Shown: positions 13,312 through 24,629 of the stretch, in pieces
Layout of the letters: each line of letters begins with the position of its first letter
Position numbering within the stretch: the first letter of the stretch is position 1
Source of the DNA: Chrysomallon squamiferum
Lineage: Eukaryota > Animalia > Mollusca
Reading direction: 5' to 3'
NCBI GenBank assembly: GCA_012295275.1
Contig: CM022676.1
Location: 8,556,001-8,620,000 of the forward strand
DNA: 64,000 nucleotides
Notes under the pieces: generated by a model
The model's database searches: none
Seen by the model: the letters and a program-made list of their open reading frames with translations, nothing else
What the model was told of the DNA's origin: nothing
Program-made: the position numbers and the translations under genes

Positions 13312-13473
13312 CTACTCCTGTTCAGGATCTTCGTCAATGTGAGGCTGGTAGCCCATTGGCATTTCCGCCCATTTCTGTTTCACCCCAGAAGCAAGGATGC
13401 CGTACACGATCGCACCAGCAGTGTAAATAGCCGCAGCCAGGTAAAACACAATCTGCCACTCCCCTGAATCAGT
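13312..13473 (-). CDS. SLC17A5: SLC17/sialin-like last coding exon (TDSGEWQIVFYLAAAIYTAGAIVYGILASGVKQKWA...EQE*)
   Basis: EWQ.VFY.AA...ASG..Q.WA C-terminal motif; ctgcag acceptor; TAG stop at 13312-13314. The spliced total is about 508 aa after frameshift correction. Confidence 0.94.
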   Translation of the reverse strand, partial: TDSGEWQIVFYLAAAIYTAGAIVYGILASGVKQKWAEMPMGYQPHIDEDPEQE

Positions 13474-13775
13474 CTGCAGAGAATAATAACAGTGATGAGT
13501 AGTGATGATGATGATGATACTGATTAATAATGAAAATGAGATGATGATAATGATTATATATTTTACAAATGAGTGTGTGTGAGAGATAATGATTATTAAT
13601 GACAATGATGATGATGATAATTAATAATGATTATTAATGATAATGATGATGATGATAATTAATAATGAGAATGAGATGATGATAATGATAATAATGAGAA
13701 TGATACAATGATGATGGTGATGATAAGAATCATAATAATACAAGAATGATGACACTGATGATGATGATGATGATG

Positions 13776-13811
<36 letters not shown>

Positions 13812-13854
13812 TAGCCTACATGCATACATACATACATTATACATCCTTACATAT

Positions 13855-14162
13855 ACTGCAGAATCATATTTGAAAGGGAAATATTTTTTGTCATACTTTA
13901 TTAGTAGTAAAGATTAATCTCCACTACAGATATTACAGAATCATACTGGAAAGGAAAACCTTTTTTGTCATACTTCATTATCAGTAAAGATTAATATCCA
14001 TTACAAATATTACAGAATCATATTGGAAAGGAAAACAGTTGTATGACGTACTTCATTATTAATAAAGATTAATGTCCATTTCAAATACTACAGAATCATA
14101 TTTCATGTCCTACTTCATTATTAGTAAAGATTAGTGTCCACCATAAAATATTACAGAATCAC
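13855..14162. repeat. Intronic minisatellite, ~77-bp unit, ~4 copies
   Basis: agaatca recurs at 13860, 13937, 14014, 14092 and 14155, with the shared agtaaagattaat motif. Confidence 0.9.
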
Positions 14163-14203
14163 CAAGGAAGTTATTAAACAAAGATGACTGATCATCATCA
14201 CAC

Positions 14204-14442
14204 CTTATCTTTCACAATGGCTCCTGTCAGACTTGGGCTAATGATGCCTGGGAGGGTGGCGAAGGTGTTGGACAACCCCATCAAAATGCTGGCGTACTGC
14301 GGGGCGATGTCCAAGTGGTTGACGCTGAAGCCAGACCAGGCGAAGCCACCCAGACCAACAGCAACTGTGAGGCAGGTGATCACGGCAACAGGACTCATCA
14401 GGTAACCGGCGGCAACCATGAATATTGCTTGTATAGCAAAGG
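14204..14442 (-). CDS. SLC17A5: SLC17/sialin-like coding exon 10 (AFAIQAIFMVAAGY...GFSVNHLDIAPQYASILMGLSNTFATLPGIISPSLTGAIVKDK)
   Basis: NHLDIAP.YA.ILMG.SNT.ATLPG hallmark of SLC17; ttccag acceptor, GTGTGA donor. Confidence 0.95.
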
Positions 14443-14992
14443 CTGGAATAGTAATAGTAATAGTAATAATAATGATGGTGATGATGATGATAACGATAAT
14501 AATGATGATGAAGATATTAATATAAAAAAATGATGATGATGATAATGATAATAATGATGATGAAGATATTAATATAAAAAATAATTATAATGATAATGAT
14601 GATAGTAATAGTAACAGTAATATAATAATAATTAACATTAACAATAATAGTAATACTAACAACAAAAAGAAGATGAAGAAAAAGAAAAATAGCTAATAAT
14701 GATGATGATGAATATTATGATGATGATGATAATAATAATATTAATAATAATAATAATCATCATCATAGAATAATACATATATACATATGTAATGGTTTAA
14801 CTAAATTTACACATACTTTATCCTTTCATTATTTGTTTCCTATTCCAACCTTTGATTTCTCAAATGAAATTTTCAGTCACTAATATTAAAAGCGTTAAAC
14901 CAGTATCAAAATATAATTTTTTCTTTCATTCTCTTATCCCCCTCTCCTTTAATCATCCATCCCTTTTTTTCCATTTTCTTTCTGTCTCTCAC

Positions 14993-15125
14993 CTCCACAA
15001 GTGAAGAGTTTTCGAACAATCACTGTGGGGACACCAACAGTTCCTCTCAGCAGATCAGCCAGACTGCCACTTGTTATGACAACAATTCCCATCACCAGGT
15101 ACGGCAATGCTGACATAAATCCACC
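14993..15125 (-). CDS. SLC17A5: SLC17/sialin-like coding exon 9 (GGFMSALPYLVMGIVVITSGSLADLLRGTVGVPTVIVRKLFTCG)
   Basis: GF.SALPYL...SG.LAD.LR....VRKLF motif; tacag acceptor, GTGAG donor. Confidence 0.93.
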
Positions 15126-15720
15126 CTGTAATGTGTAATATATGCTGTATGTTATACATGACCATAATATATTCATCATCTCTTTAGTATATAATTATAC
15201 TGTCTGGTATACATGACCATAATATATTAATGCATTCTGTAGTACATAATACACACAATGTATTACTAGGTACGGCAACGCTGACATAAATCCACCCTGT
15301 AATGTGTAATATACACTGTATGTTATACATGACCATAATCCATTAATCCACTCTAAAGTATATAATATACACTGTCTGCTATACATGACCATAATATATT
15401 AATGCATTCTGTATGTTATACATGACATAAATCCATAATCACTGTATGTTAATCCATAATCCATTAATCCACTCTAAAGTATATAATATACACTGTCTGC
15501 TATACATGACCATAATATATTAATGATTCCATAATATGTATTAATCCACTCATAAATCCACCCTGTAATGTGTAATATACACTGTATGTTATACATGACC
15601 ATAATCCATTAATCCACTCTAAAGTATATAATATACACTGTCTGCTATACATGACCATAATATATTAATCCACTCTGTAGTACATAATATATACTGTATT
15701 AATTATATTGACTCACTGTA
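15105..15720. repeat. Complex tandem duplication spanning an intron-exon boundary of the SLC17 gene
   Basis: Repeated blocks cataaatccaccctgtaatgtgtaata and tatacatgaccataat...taatccactct occur in shuffled order. Confidence 0.9.
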
Positions 15721-16111
15721 CAGTAGATATGTACACTATATAATATATGCCATATACATGAACTGTATTGATCTACTGTGTAATGGATGTACAACATGTA
15801 ATACACAAAAACACAATACTGATCCATCAATTAACTTTTGACATACTAAACTATAATATATTAATTGTATTGATCCACACCATAATAGATAATGTGATGA
15901 TATATCACAGTATATTTTTCTCATAGGAAGATGTGTGTAAGTCTGAAAAATACAGTAACTGCCAGAAACACACATGGTCAGACATACAGTCAAACAGGGA
16001 AGGAAAAAACCCACAAACTTTAATTTTTGAAAAAAAAAATTCATTTAATTATCTTGGGTTTACACTATACTTAATTCATCATTATGTAAATCGACTAAAT
16101 ATTTGACTGAC

Positions 16112-16261
16112 CTCATTCAGTTTGAAGTGAAGGACGTTGCCAAGGAAGGTAGGTAACTCTGTCAGCCAAGTGTAGAACCCCCAGTTTTCAGCAAAGTGGG
16201 CAGCAACGATAGCCCACACTGGCAGTGACAGCAACATCTTCGACCAGGGTGGATGGACATG
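16112..16261 (-). CDS. SLC17A5: SLC17/sialin-like coding exon 8 (HVHPPWSKMLLSLPVWAIVAAHFAENWGFYTWLTELPTFLGNVLHFKLNE)
   Basis: PW....SLPVWAIVAAHF..NW.FYT.LT.LPT motif. It is sialin-like and lacks the VGLUT TM7 arginine (NFCRSW). 150 nt, phase 0-0. Confidence 0.93.
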
Positions 16262-16311
16262 CTAAAACAGAAATAATACTAATAACAATAACAATAACAT
16301 TAATAATAATC

Positions 16312-16375
<64 letters not shown>

Positions 16376-16871
16376 TAATAATGACAATAATAATAATAAT
16401 GACATAATAATAATAATAACAATAATAATAATAATGACAATAATAATAATAACAACAATAATAACAATAATGACAATAATAATGGCTATTGCAACTGCTA
16501 TTTATACCACTCCTACTGCTGCTGCTGCTACTACTGCTACTGCTGTTGCTTCTATTATTACTACTACCACCTCTACTATGACTACCAAAACTGCTGCTAC
16601 TACTGCTACTGCTGTTGCTTCTATTATTACTACTACCACCTCTACTATGACTACCAAAACTGCTGCTACTACTGCTACTGCTAATATTACTACTAATAAT
16701 AATATTAAATACTTCTGCTTCTAATACTGCTACTTCTACTACTACTTCTGCTATTACTTTTATAACTACTACTAATTCAACTGTTGTTGATGATAATAAT
16801 AATAATAATAACAACAATAACAACAACAATAACAGCAGCCAGTGTTAACAATATCTGTAATATAACATTAC

Positions 16872-17005
16872 TCTTGTCTGTTCATCTGAAAATCCGATCG
16901 CCTGCTCAATGTATTCCCTCTCTTCAGTGCTTATTGTAGGATCTTTAGCTGGACTGTCAAATACCAGCAAACACCAGAGAAGAAACCACATAATAGCGAC
17001 AGATC
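16872..17005 (-). CDS. SLC17A5: SLC17/sialin-like coding exon 7 (GSVAIMWFLLWCLLVFDSPAKDPTISTEEREYIEQAIGFSDEQTR)
   Basis: W..LV.DSP...P.IS.EE..YI motif; tttctag acceptor, GTAATG donor. Confidence 0.93.
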
Positions 17006-17091
17006 CTAGAAAAAAAACCCAGTAATTATCTATGTGCATATTATACATATATACACACACATGAAAATACACATGCATACTTGAAATATTC

Positions 17092-17153
<62 letters not shown>

Positions 17154-17689
17154 CTTCAGTAAGGTTTAAGAAATGAATGGTTTGAATTTTAAAAAAGGAA
17201 AGGTCATTATTTCCAAAAAATTGTAATTTTGTTATTTTAATAAATTTCTGGATGAAAACACATTTCAGTTGTTAATTTTTTTTATTATTTTCAATATAGT
17301 TTATTTTATTAGTTATTTTCTTTGATTTCTTGAAATTAAATTTGTAAATTTATTTATTTTTCATTATTTCTGCAAATTAAATTTGTTGATTTAGTTACTA
17401 TTTTATTTTTCTTCCTTTTTATTATTATTATTATTTGTTATTTATTTATTTATTATTCATTAGTAACATTTATAATTTCATAAAGTTTTGTTACATTTTA
17501 GTGCAGTACTTTTCACTGTAACATTAAAACTAAAAAGAACATTTAATAACAATACAACATTCCAAAATAATACAACAACAACATTCTTAACACAACAACA
17601 TTTTAAAATTTCTAACATTGTAAAGTCACTTCAACTGTAATATTGTAATAAGTGGTAATAAGAAATAATAAACATTTAAAGATATTTAC

Positions 17690-17779
17690 CAAAGATGTAA
17701 AATATTGAAGGCCATCCAGCTGAACTTTCAGCTAACGCTCCACATATTGGCATGGAAATCACTGTTCCTATGTACGATC
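17690..17779 (-). CDS. SLC17A5: SLC17/sialin-like coding exon 6 ([30 protein letters not shown])
   Basis: G..GTVISMP..G....GWPS.FY.FG motif; canonical AG/GT; phase 1-1. Confidence 0.93.
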
Positions 17780-17794
17780 CTAGAAACACAATAA

Positions 17795-17847
17795 AATATA
17801 TATATCTATATTGTATGTATATATGTATATATATGTATATATGTATA

Positions 17848-17885
<38 letters not shown>

Positions 17886-17942
17886 ATGTATATATGTATA
17901 TATATGTATATATATATATATTGTATATATATATATATATAT

Positions 17943-17973
<31 letters not shown>

Positions 17974-18024
17974 TGTGTATATATATATGTATTTGTATAT
18001 ATTGTATGTATGTATGTATATATA

Positions 18025-18055
<31 letters not shown>

Positions 18056-18075
18056 TGTATGTATATATGTATTTG
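17795..18075. repeat. Compound (TA)n/(TGTA)n microsatellite
   Basis: Direct reading; source of the spurious YIYI ORFs. Confidence 0.95.
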
Positions 18076-18275
18076 TATGAGTGTGTTAATGAATGTAGTA
18101 AGTATGGGTATTTTATTCACCGAAAAAGTAGATGATGTACAAAATGTTTATGTACACATATATAAGTGTGTGTGTGTGTTGAAGATAAATACACATATTA
18201 ATATAAAATATATATGTAAATATATATATATATGTAGTTGTTACAAGGTACAGCTCAAGAATAAAGTAATTATAT

Positions 18276-18325
<50 letters not shown>

Positions 18326-18915
18326 ACAAGGTATGTTTCAAGAATAAACTAATTATAATACATTTTCAAAAATATTTCTTTTGTTGCTGTACTTACTTTC
18401 TATTACAATCAGTAGCTTTGTATGATTCTAGAAACAATTTTAATCTACATACATCTGTGTGTATGTCTGTATGTGTATGCATCTCTCTGTGTATCTACCT
18501 ATATGTGTATGTCTCTGTTTGTGTATCAGCAGTGTGTATTTATCTTTGAGAGTCTGTCTACATCAGTATTTCTCAAAGGTGGGGTGGGGTGTGGCAATAT
18601 TTTGTTTGGCAGTGAATCAACATATGACCATCATAGATCTGCTCTTTCACATTTTCAAAAGTTTGAAGCAGAAACTAATACCATACAACACCACAGTTAA
18701 AAACTGCTTCACCACATTCAATAGAACCTTTTGAATACATATTTAATATATATCACAGTGCCTCCTGTTTTGATGTGTTTTACAATGTTTAAATTGAAGT
18801 GGATGGATGTCAAAGGACAAAAAAAAAAAAAAAAAAAAAATTGAAAAATATTGGTCAATATAAAAGAAATAACATTAACACTAGTTTGATTGTTTATAAT
18901 CAGTAACACACAAAC

Positions 18916-19003
18916 CTGCAAAAGCAAATGTGGCTAGTCTGGTCTTCTCCATTGGGGGTGCCCACTTGGCCCAGATTGCATGGATTGAAGGGTAGGTCAC
19001 GCC
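18916..19003 (-). CDS. SLC17A5: SLC17/sialin-like coding exon 5 ([29 protein letters not shown])
   Basis: GVT.P..HA.W..WAPP.E family motif; tttag acceptor and GTTTGT donor. Confidence 0.93.
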
Positions 19004-19342
19004 CTAAATTAAAGTACAAAAACAAAAACACTCTAATAATATAAAACAAACTGTCCTTCGTGAGTTGATTTCTGCTAATTTGAGATATAAAATGAACCAT
19101 CCTTCCTGCTTAATTCTGCTAATTTGAGATGTAATTTTTAATAAAATTACTGTGATAGATAAACATTTACCTGTATTAGTAGATGAGAAAACTAATACTC
19201 AAATGACACAACAGCTCAACACATTTTAATATTCATTGTTATGAGTGAATGATTGGTGAATGATGCCCCAGCATGAAAAATGTAACTATTATGAAGTATT
19301 GAATATAAGGCTTTTATTGTACAGGAATCATGTAAATAGTTA

Positions 19343-19344
<2 letters not shown>

Positions 19345-19373
<29 letters not shown>

Positions 19374-19735
19374 AAATGAGTAAATGAGTAAACAAATAAA
19401 CAAAAAAAAAACAACAAATAAATAAATAAATGAGTAATGAGTAAACAAATAAACAAAAATAACCAATAAACAAACAAATAAATAAATAAACCATAAATAT
19501 ATAAATAAAAAACTAAAATAAACAAACAAACAAACAAACAAACAAATAATTAAATAAATAAATAAATAAATAAACAAATAAATAAATAAAGGAGTAATGA
19601 GTAAACAAATAAACAAAAATAACCAAATGATCAAATAAACAAACAAACAAATAAATAAAAAAACAAATAAACAAACAAACAAATAAACAAATAAATAAAA
19701 CAAGTAACCAAAGAAACAAAGAAATAAAAAAAACA
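19345..19735. repeat. (TAAA/CAAA)n low-complexity tract
   Basis: Direct reading. Confidence 0.95.
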
Positions 19736-19749
19736 GAGATTTTTCGAAC

Positions 19750-19896
19750 CTCAAACAGGCCCTCAGCCAGTCTGATAATTATCAGCAGGTAGACGCTGAT
19801 TGATGCGCACGCAGGGAGTTAACAACGTCAGCACTGCAGTCGCAAAGATTCCCCCGCCAAACAAATACTTTCCTCCAAACTGGTTCGACAGAAACC
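19750..19896 (-). CDS. SLC17A5: SLC17/sialin-like coding exon 4 (GFLSNQFGGKYLFGGGIFATAVLTLLTP/ACASISVYLLIIIRLAEGLFE), with an apparent +1 frameshift
   Basis: Homologous sequence is split over two frames at ACT CCC T GCG TGC (plus-strand ggg at 19814-19816). The exon is 147 nt where the flanking phases require 146. Confidence 0.88.
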
Positions 19897-20335
19897 CTGA
19901 ATTTCAAAAATATCATAATAATATAATAATGTCAAATTTAAAAAAAAAAAAAAAAAAAAAAATGAATATATCAAATAAATAAATAAATAAATAAATAAAA
20001 ACCCACACATACATCATAAAGAATTTTTTAAAGAAAACAAAAATTTTAAAAAAGATTAATACTATATTTAAATAAAATTTCAAAAGAAAAAGAAGAAAAT
20101 TTAGCCTGATTTCTATTTTTTGCACACAACAAATTGCCCATGATAGAGAAGCTGGCAGTTGTGTATAAATATTTTAATCATTTTCTCATTGATTTGAGAC
20201 CATCTGTCATTTTCTTTATAGTTTAGTTTATTAAATTTCCAGTTAAAGCTACAGACTTTGTTACTCTATTTACTAATTTTACTAGAAGAAAGCCAAAGCA
20301 GAAATACAGAACTACAGAGGGTTTTTTCAAAGTAT

Positions 20336-20394
<59 letters not shown>

Positions 20395-20698
20395 TTTTGT
20401 ATAGAAAGTACAGAAATAAATGTCCACATACACATATGCACACACACACTCATATTTAGAGATGCATATATACATACATACATATACACATATGCAGTTA
20501 GACAAACATACAGACAGACAAAGAGATAGAGAGATAGACAGTCAGACAGAGAGACAAAAAGATAGACAGATGGATAGACTGAGTGATAGAAAGACTGATA
20601 GAAAGACAGATAGTGAGTGATGAGTGAGTCGTACTGTGTTAACACAACAAACGGGTTACACAGTCTGTCTGTCTGTGTGTGTGTCTGTGAGTTCTTAC

Positions 20699-20792
20699 CT
20701 CCAGGTAGCTGGGTGACGATGTAGCCGTAGAAGAATGAAGAGAGGATGTAACCTTGTAGTTGTAGACTCCAGTCAAATTCAGGAAGGCTGTG
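20699..20792 (-). CDS. SLC17A5: SLC17/sialin-like coding exon 3 (HSLPEFDWSLQLQGYILSSFFYGYIVTQLPG)
   Basis: FDW...QG.ILSSFFYGYIVTQ.PGG family motif; aaacag acceptor, GTAAG donor. Confidence 0.92.
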
Positions 20793-20797
20793 CTGTT

Positions 20798-20861
20798 TAA
20801 ATAAATAAATAAATAAATAAATGTAAATAAATAAATATATAAATAAATATGTAAATATATG

Positions 20862-20904
<43 letters not shown>

Positions 20905-21100
20905 ACAAATATGTAAATAAATATATATGTAAATAAATAAATAAATATGTAAATATATGTAAATAAATATGTAAATAAATAAATAAATATAAATAAATAA
21001 ATAAATAAATATATAAATAAATAAATAAATAAATAAATATATAAATAAATAAATATGTAAATAAATAAATAAATAAGCAAATAAATTAATAAATAAGATT
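20798..21100. repeat. (TAAA)n low-complexity tract abutting a splice acceptor
   Basis: Direct reading; source of the spurious 278-aa ORF. Confidence 0.95.
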
Positions 21101-21359
21101 GTAATAAAAATGAATATTGAAAAACAAATTTTATATATATATATAAAAGACATGAATAAATAAACAACGTCAAATGTGAAAAAAAGAAAATATATCTAAA
21201 AGTTATAATATCAAATTATAAATAAATAAATAAATAACTAATCAAATATGATTTAATGAGTAAAGATAATGATTTAAATAAATACAAAAATAAATAAAAA
21301 TATTAGTATACTTGGCTTCAATAAAATTGAGAAAACCTATCTAATATATATATTAGATT

Positions 21360-21402
<43 letters not shown>

Positions 21403-21469
21403 TATTATTATAATATTTATTATTATTATTATTACTACTATTATTATTATAATTATAATTATTATTATA

Positions 21470-21535
<66 letters not shown>

Positions 21536-21545
21536 TGATACATAC

Positions 21546-21637
21546 CACAGTAATGTTATCACCCAAGTGTATTGTTCTGTTCTTTGTCATGGCAACAATG
21601 GCAATACTCAGATTTACCCTCAAGGCATATATATTGG
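21546..21637 (-). CDS. SLC17A5: SLC17/sialin-like coding exon 2 (ANIYALRVNLSIAIVAMTKNRTIHLGDNITV)
   Basis: YALRVNLS is the sialin-type TM1 signature; cag acceptor and GTATGT donor; phases 1 to 0 are consistent with the neighbouring exons. Confidence 0.92.
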
Positions 21638-21749
21638 CTGCAACAAATCAAAATAAATAAATAAATTCCAGTTTTATAATGAACAAATATGGCAGTTCAA
21701 TGTGAAAACTACACTTTAATTTGTCCTGTGTGCAATTTCCAACTAAAAC

Positions 21750-22080
21750 AGACATATGTGAAATTTTAGCAATTAAATACAAAGTGTGCAAATTATAGCT
21801 AAAATAGGTTTATGTGAAATGATGGCCAAAATAGAAATATGTGAAATTATAGCACAAAATTCCAGTGTGCAAATCATAGCTATAATAGGTATATGTGAAA
21901 TGATAGCCAAAATAGGCATATGTGAAATTATAGCACAAATAGTTCAGTGTGCACGTATTAACAATAATAGGCATATGTGCAAATTTTATCTAAAATATGC
22001 ACATAAGTAAATTCTAGCTAAAATAGGCATATAGGCAAATTACAGCAGGAATATATCTATAATGGTTATATATGCAAATC
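21750..22080. repeat. Degenerate minisatellite (aaaataggcatatgtgaaattatagc-like units)
   Basis: Repeated atgtgaaat/gtgcaaat plus atagc motifs. Confidence 0.8.
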
Positions 22081-22509
22081 TGAAACAAGTGCTATGCCTA
22101 TGCATGAATAAAAATTGGTTAATCTACATTATTAATGTACATTTGGTCTAATGTTCCACAATCTATAATGTGCTAACATGTGTTTGTCATAAGTAAGGGT
22201 TATCATAACAGACAAATAAGCTGTGCCTGACACTCTTTAATATAAAATATTTTTGTTTAATAAAACAGCTGCAATGAAGCAGAAAGCAAAACTACAATAC
22301 AATGTATGATTAGTGATGGTACAGTGATCCTGCAAAAGGATGTAATTATGAAATAGTGGATAATGGAGAGATGGGGGGGTGAATAAGTGTCATTATAATA
22401 ATGGATTTGTCAATTCCTAAATCTAAAAAAAAATCATACATTTATTGTTGGAAAGGTTTTAACTTTGAGAATAAAATAGTGTTGTTATAATATTTTCAAG
22501 TATAGCATA

Positions 22510-22840
22510 TAATGTGTTAGATTAATATTGTAATATTCCTTATTTAAATTAAGTATAACTTTTAATTTATTAATTAATGTTGAAATATTCCTTAATTGAA
22601 CAAAGTGTGACATTTAATGAATTAAGTATTGTAACATTTCTAATTAAAATAAAGTGTAACATTTAATGTATTAATATTGTAATATTACTAATTTAAACAA
22701 AATGTAACATTTAATGAATTAATATTGTAATATTTCTAATTTTAAAAAAATGTAACATTTAATGTATTAATATTGTAAAATTCTTAATTTAAATAAAGTA
22801 TAACATTTAATGTAATAATATTGTAAAATTTTAACACAGA
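22510..22840. repeat. AT-rich minisatellite, ~44-bp unit
   Basis: taacatttaatg.attaatattgtaa repeated about 7 times. Confidence 0.85.
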
Positions 22841-23129
22841 ATATAGTAATATAATAACATGCCAATGTACCATGGTAATCAGGTAACATTCTTTATTAAA
22901 TAGAAGTATAAAATTTAGTACAGAAATATTGTTATATTTTAATGTAACATTAAACCCAAAAAGAACATATAATAATGTTATATAATAGAATTACAACATT
23001 TCAATATGGAATACTGTAATATTTCTAAGACAATAAAATTTTAAATTTTCTAATATATTAAAAAAAAAGTTACTTAAGTTGTAATATTGTAATAAGTGGT
23101 AATATGAATTAATAATTTTAGTAATTTAA

Positions 23130-23187
<58 letters not shown>

Positions 23188-23268
23188 GATTAGTATACCA
23201 TATTTATATACCATCCTTTCCATACTAAATTAGTTCAATAATAATAATAATAATAAATTATTACTCAC

Positions 23269-23467
23269 CAAATCCCAAGAATGCCATAAATGCTACAAGA
23301 TATCTTTTTGGAAAATACCAGCATTTAACTGCAGGTAACCATGGAAACATTTTTTTTCTTTTTGACTTTTGACCTTCGGCTGAATCACCACCAGGAAATG
23401 AACTTTTAATGGCTGACCTTTCATCATAAGTTTCACTGGCTGGGGATTCTGATGTAGCTGTTGCCAT
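23269..23467 (-). CDS. SLC17A5: SLC17/sialin-like transporter, coding exon 1 (MATATSES...PKRYLVAFMAFLGF)
   Basis: ATG in strong context (caccATGg) at 23467; upstream acceptor ttatttcag at 23558-23560; donor G|GTGAGT at 23268; RY motif at the start of TM1 typical of SLC17. Confidence 0.88.
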
Positions 23468-23736
23468 GGTGATCCGACCTTTGACCTTTGCTTAATTTCT
23501 ATTTAAAGTGTACCTGGGAAGAATGTTGTCAAAGGTTACCTACATGTTCTTGAATACCTGAAATAAGAATCAAAAAGAACATAAAAAAACAATTATAACT
23601 GACAACATTAATATTTCTTTTCAAAGAGATGACATTCATTATGTATTTATTTTATTTGTTTTGTGTAATTTTATTTATACTTTTGTATGTTTGTGTGCAT
23701 TTATGGGTGAGAGAGTGAGGGCTTGAAAGCATGCTT

Positions 23737-23822
<86 letters not shown>

Positions 23823-23994
23823 TTAAACTGCTTTTTAATATATTGCATCATAAAAGCATTTTTTTCTTCTTCTCTATATATGGAATCTAATGAAATATAT
23901 ATATAGGTAGACTCAGTCTTTTAAACAAATTATTATTGGTGAAGAATTAAAATACTGTACATATATTCTCATAATCCAAACTTTAAAATCCCAT

Positions 23995-24190
23995 TGTTAT
24001 TAGCAGTTATAAATTATTAATATGCACCTTCCCATAATAATATGAAAACACGTAACAAAAAAAAGTGATGGAGCACTGATTGGAATGGTAAAAAGCCTAC
24101 TACAAGCAGCAAAGGAGAAGTGATCTCAAGACCTTTCATGCATCAGGCCACTTTTTCTTTCAATGACCATAAAGCAGGCCAGCTTCTCAA
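23995..24190 (-). mobile_element. Decayed SINE-like dispersed repeat fragment (same family)
   Basis: Reverse complements of both cores: aatatgcaccttcccata at 24019-24036 and cactgattggaatggta at 24074-24090. Confidence 0.5.
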
Positions 24191-24323
24191 GAACAGTGCA
24201 TAAAGATAGCTCTTTATTTGAAATTTTTGACATAATTACATTTTATAATTAAAATAATTGTTTTGAAAGTTTCATGTACTAAATATGATGTTTTATTTTA
24301 TGTTGTTATTGTTTTTGTTATTT

Positions 24324-24365
<42 letters not shown>

Positions 24366-24594
24366 CAGATATGCATCAAATAAAAATACATGCTTAAGTA
24401 ATTATGTTACTTACTCTAAAATTATATTATACATTTTAAATAAATCATTAATCTTTTGATCATTTGTGATGAAAAATATATTTTTATAATATTTATTTAT
24501 TGCACCAATTATTTTTGTTATCAGTATTTATTTATTTATTTTATTTTATTTATTTTATTTATTTATATGGCTTAAACAGTGTATGTACGCATGT

Positions 24595-24629
<35 letters not shown>

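Noticed and set aside
13084-13312. CRISPR array interpretation of the spaced motif array
   Set aside because: Repeats are only ~14 nt and degenerate, the context is a eukaryotic 3'UTR, and there are no cas genes or leader.
16188-16829. 213-aa Ser/Ile/Tyr-rich ORF
   Set aside because: Trinucleotide-repeat intron sequence with a 66-bp duplication; it overlaps the real exon in the wrong frame.
20337-21173. 278-aa YLFI-repeat ORF
   Set aside because: A (TAAA)n tract read through; only 20699-20792 is a real exon.
13312-23467. Calling the SLC17 gene a VGLUT or a pseudogene
   Set aside because: The TM1 (YALRVNLS) and TM7 (AHFAENW) signatures are sialin-like, not VGLUT-like. A single homopolymer indel with everything else intact is insufficient for a pseudogene call.
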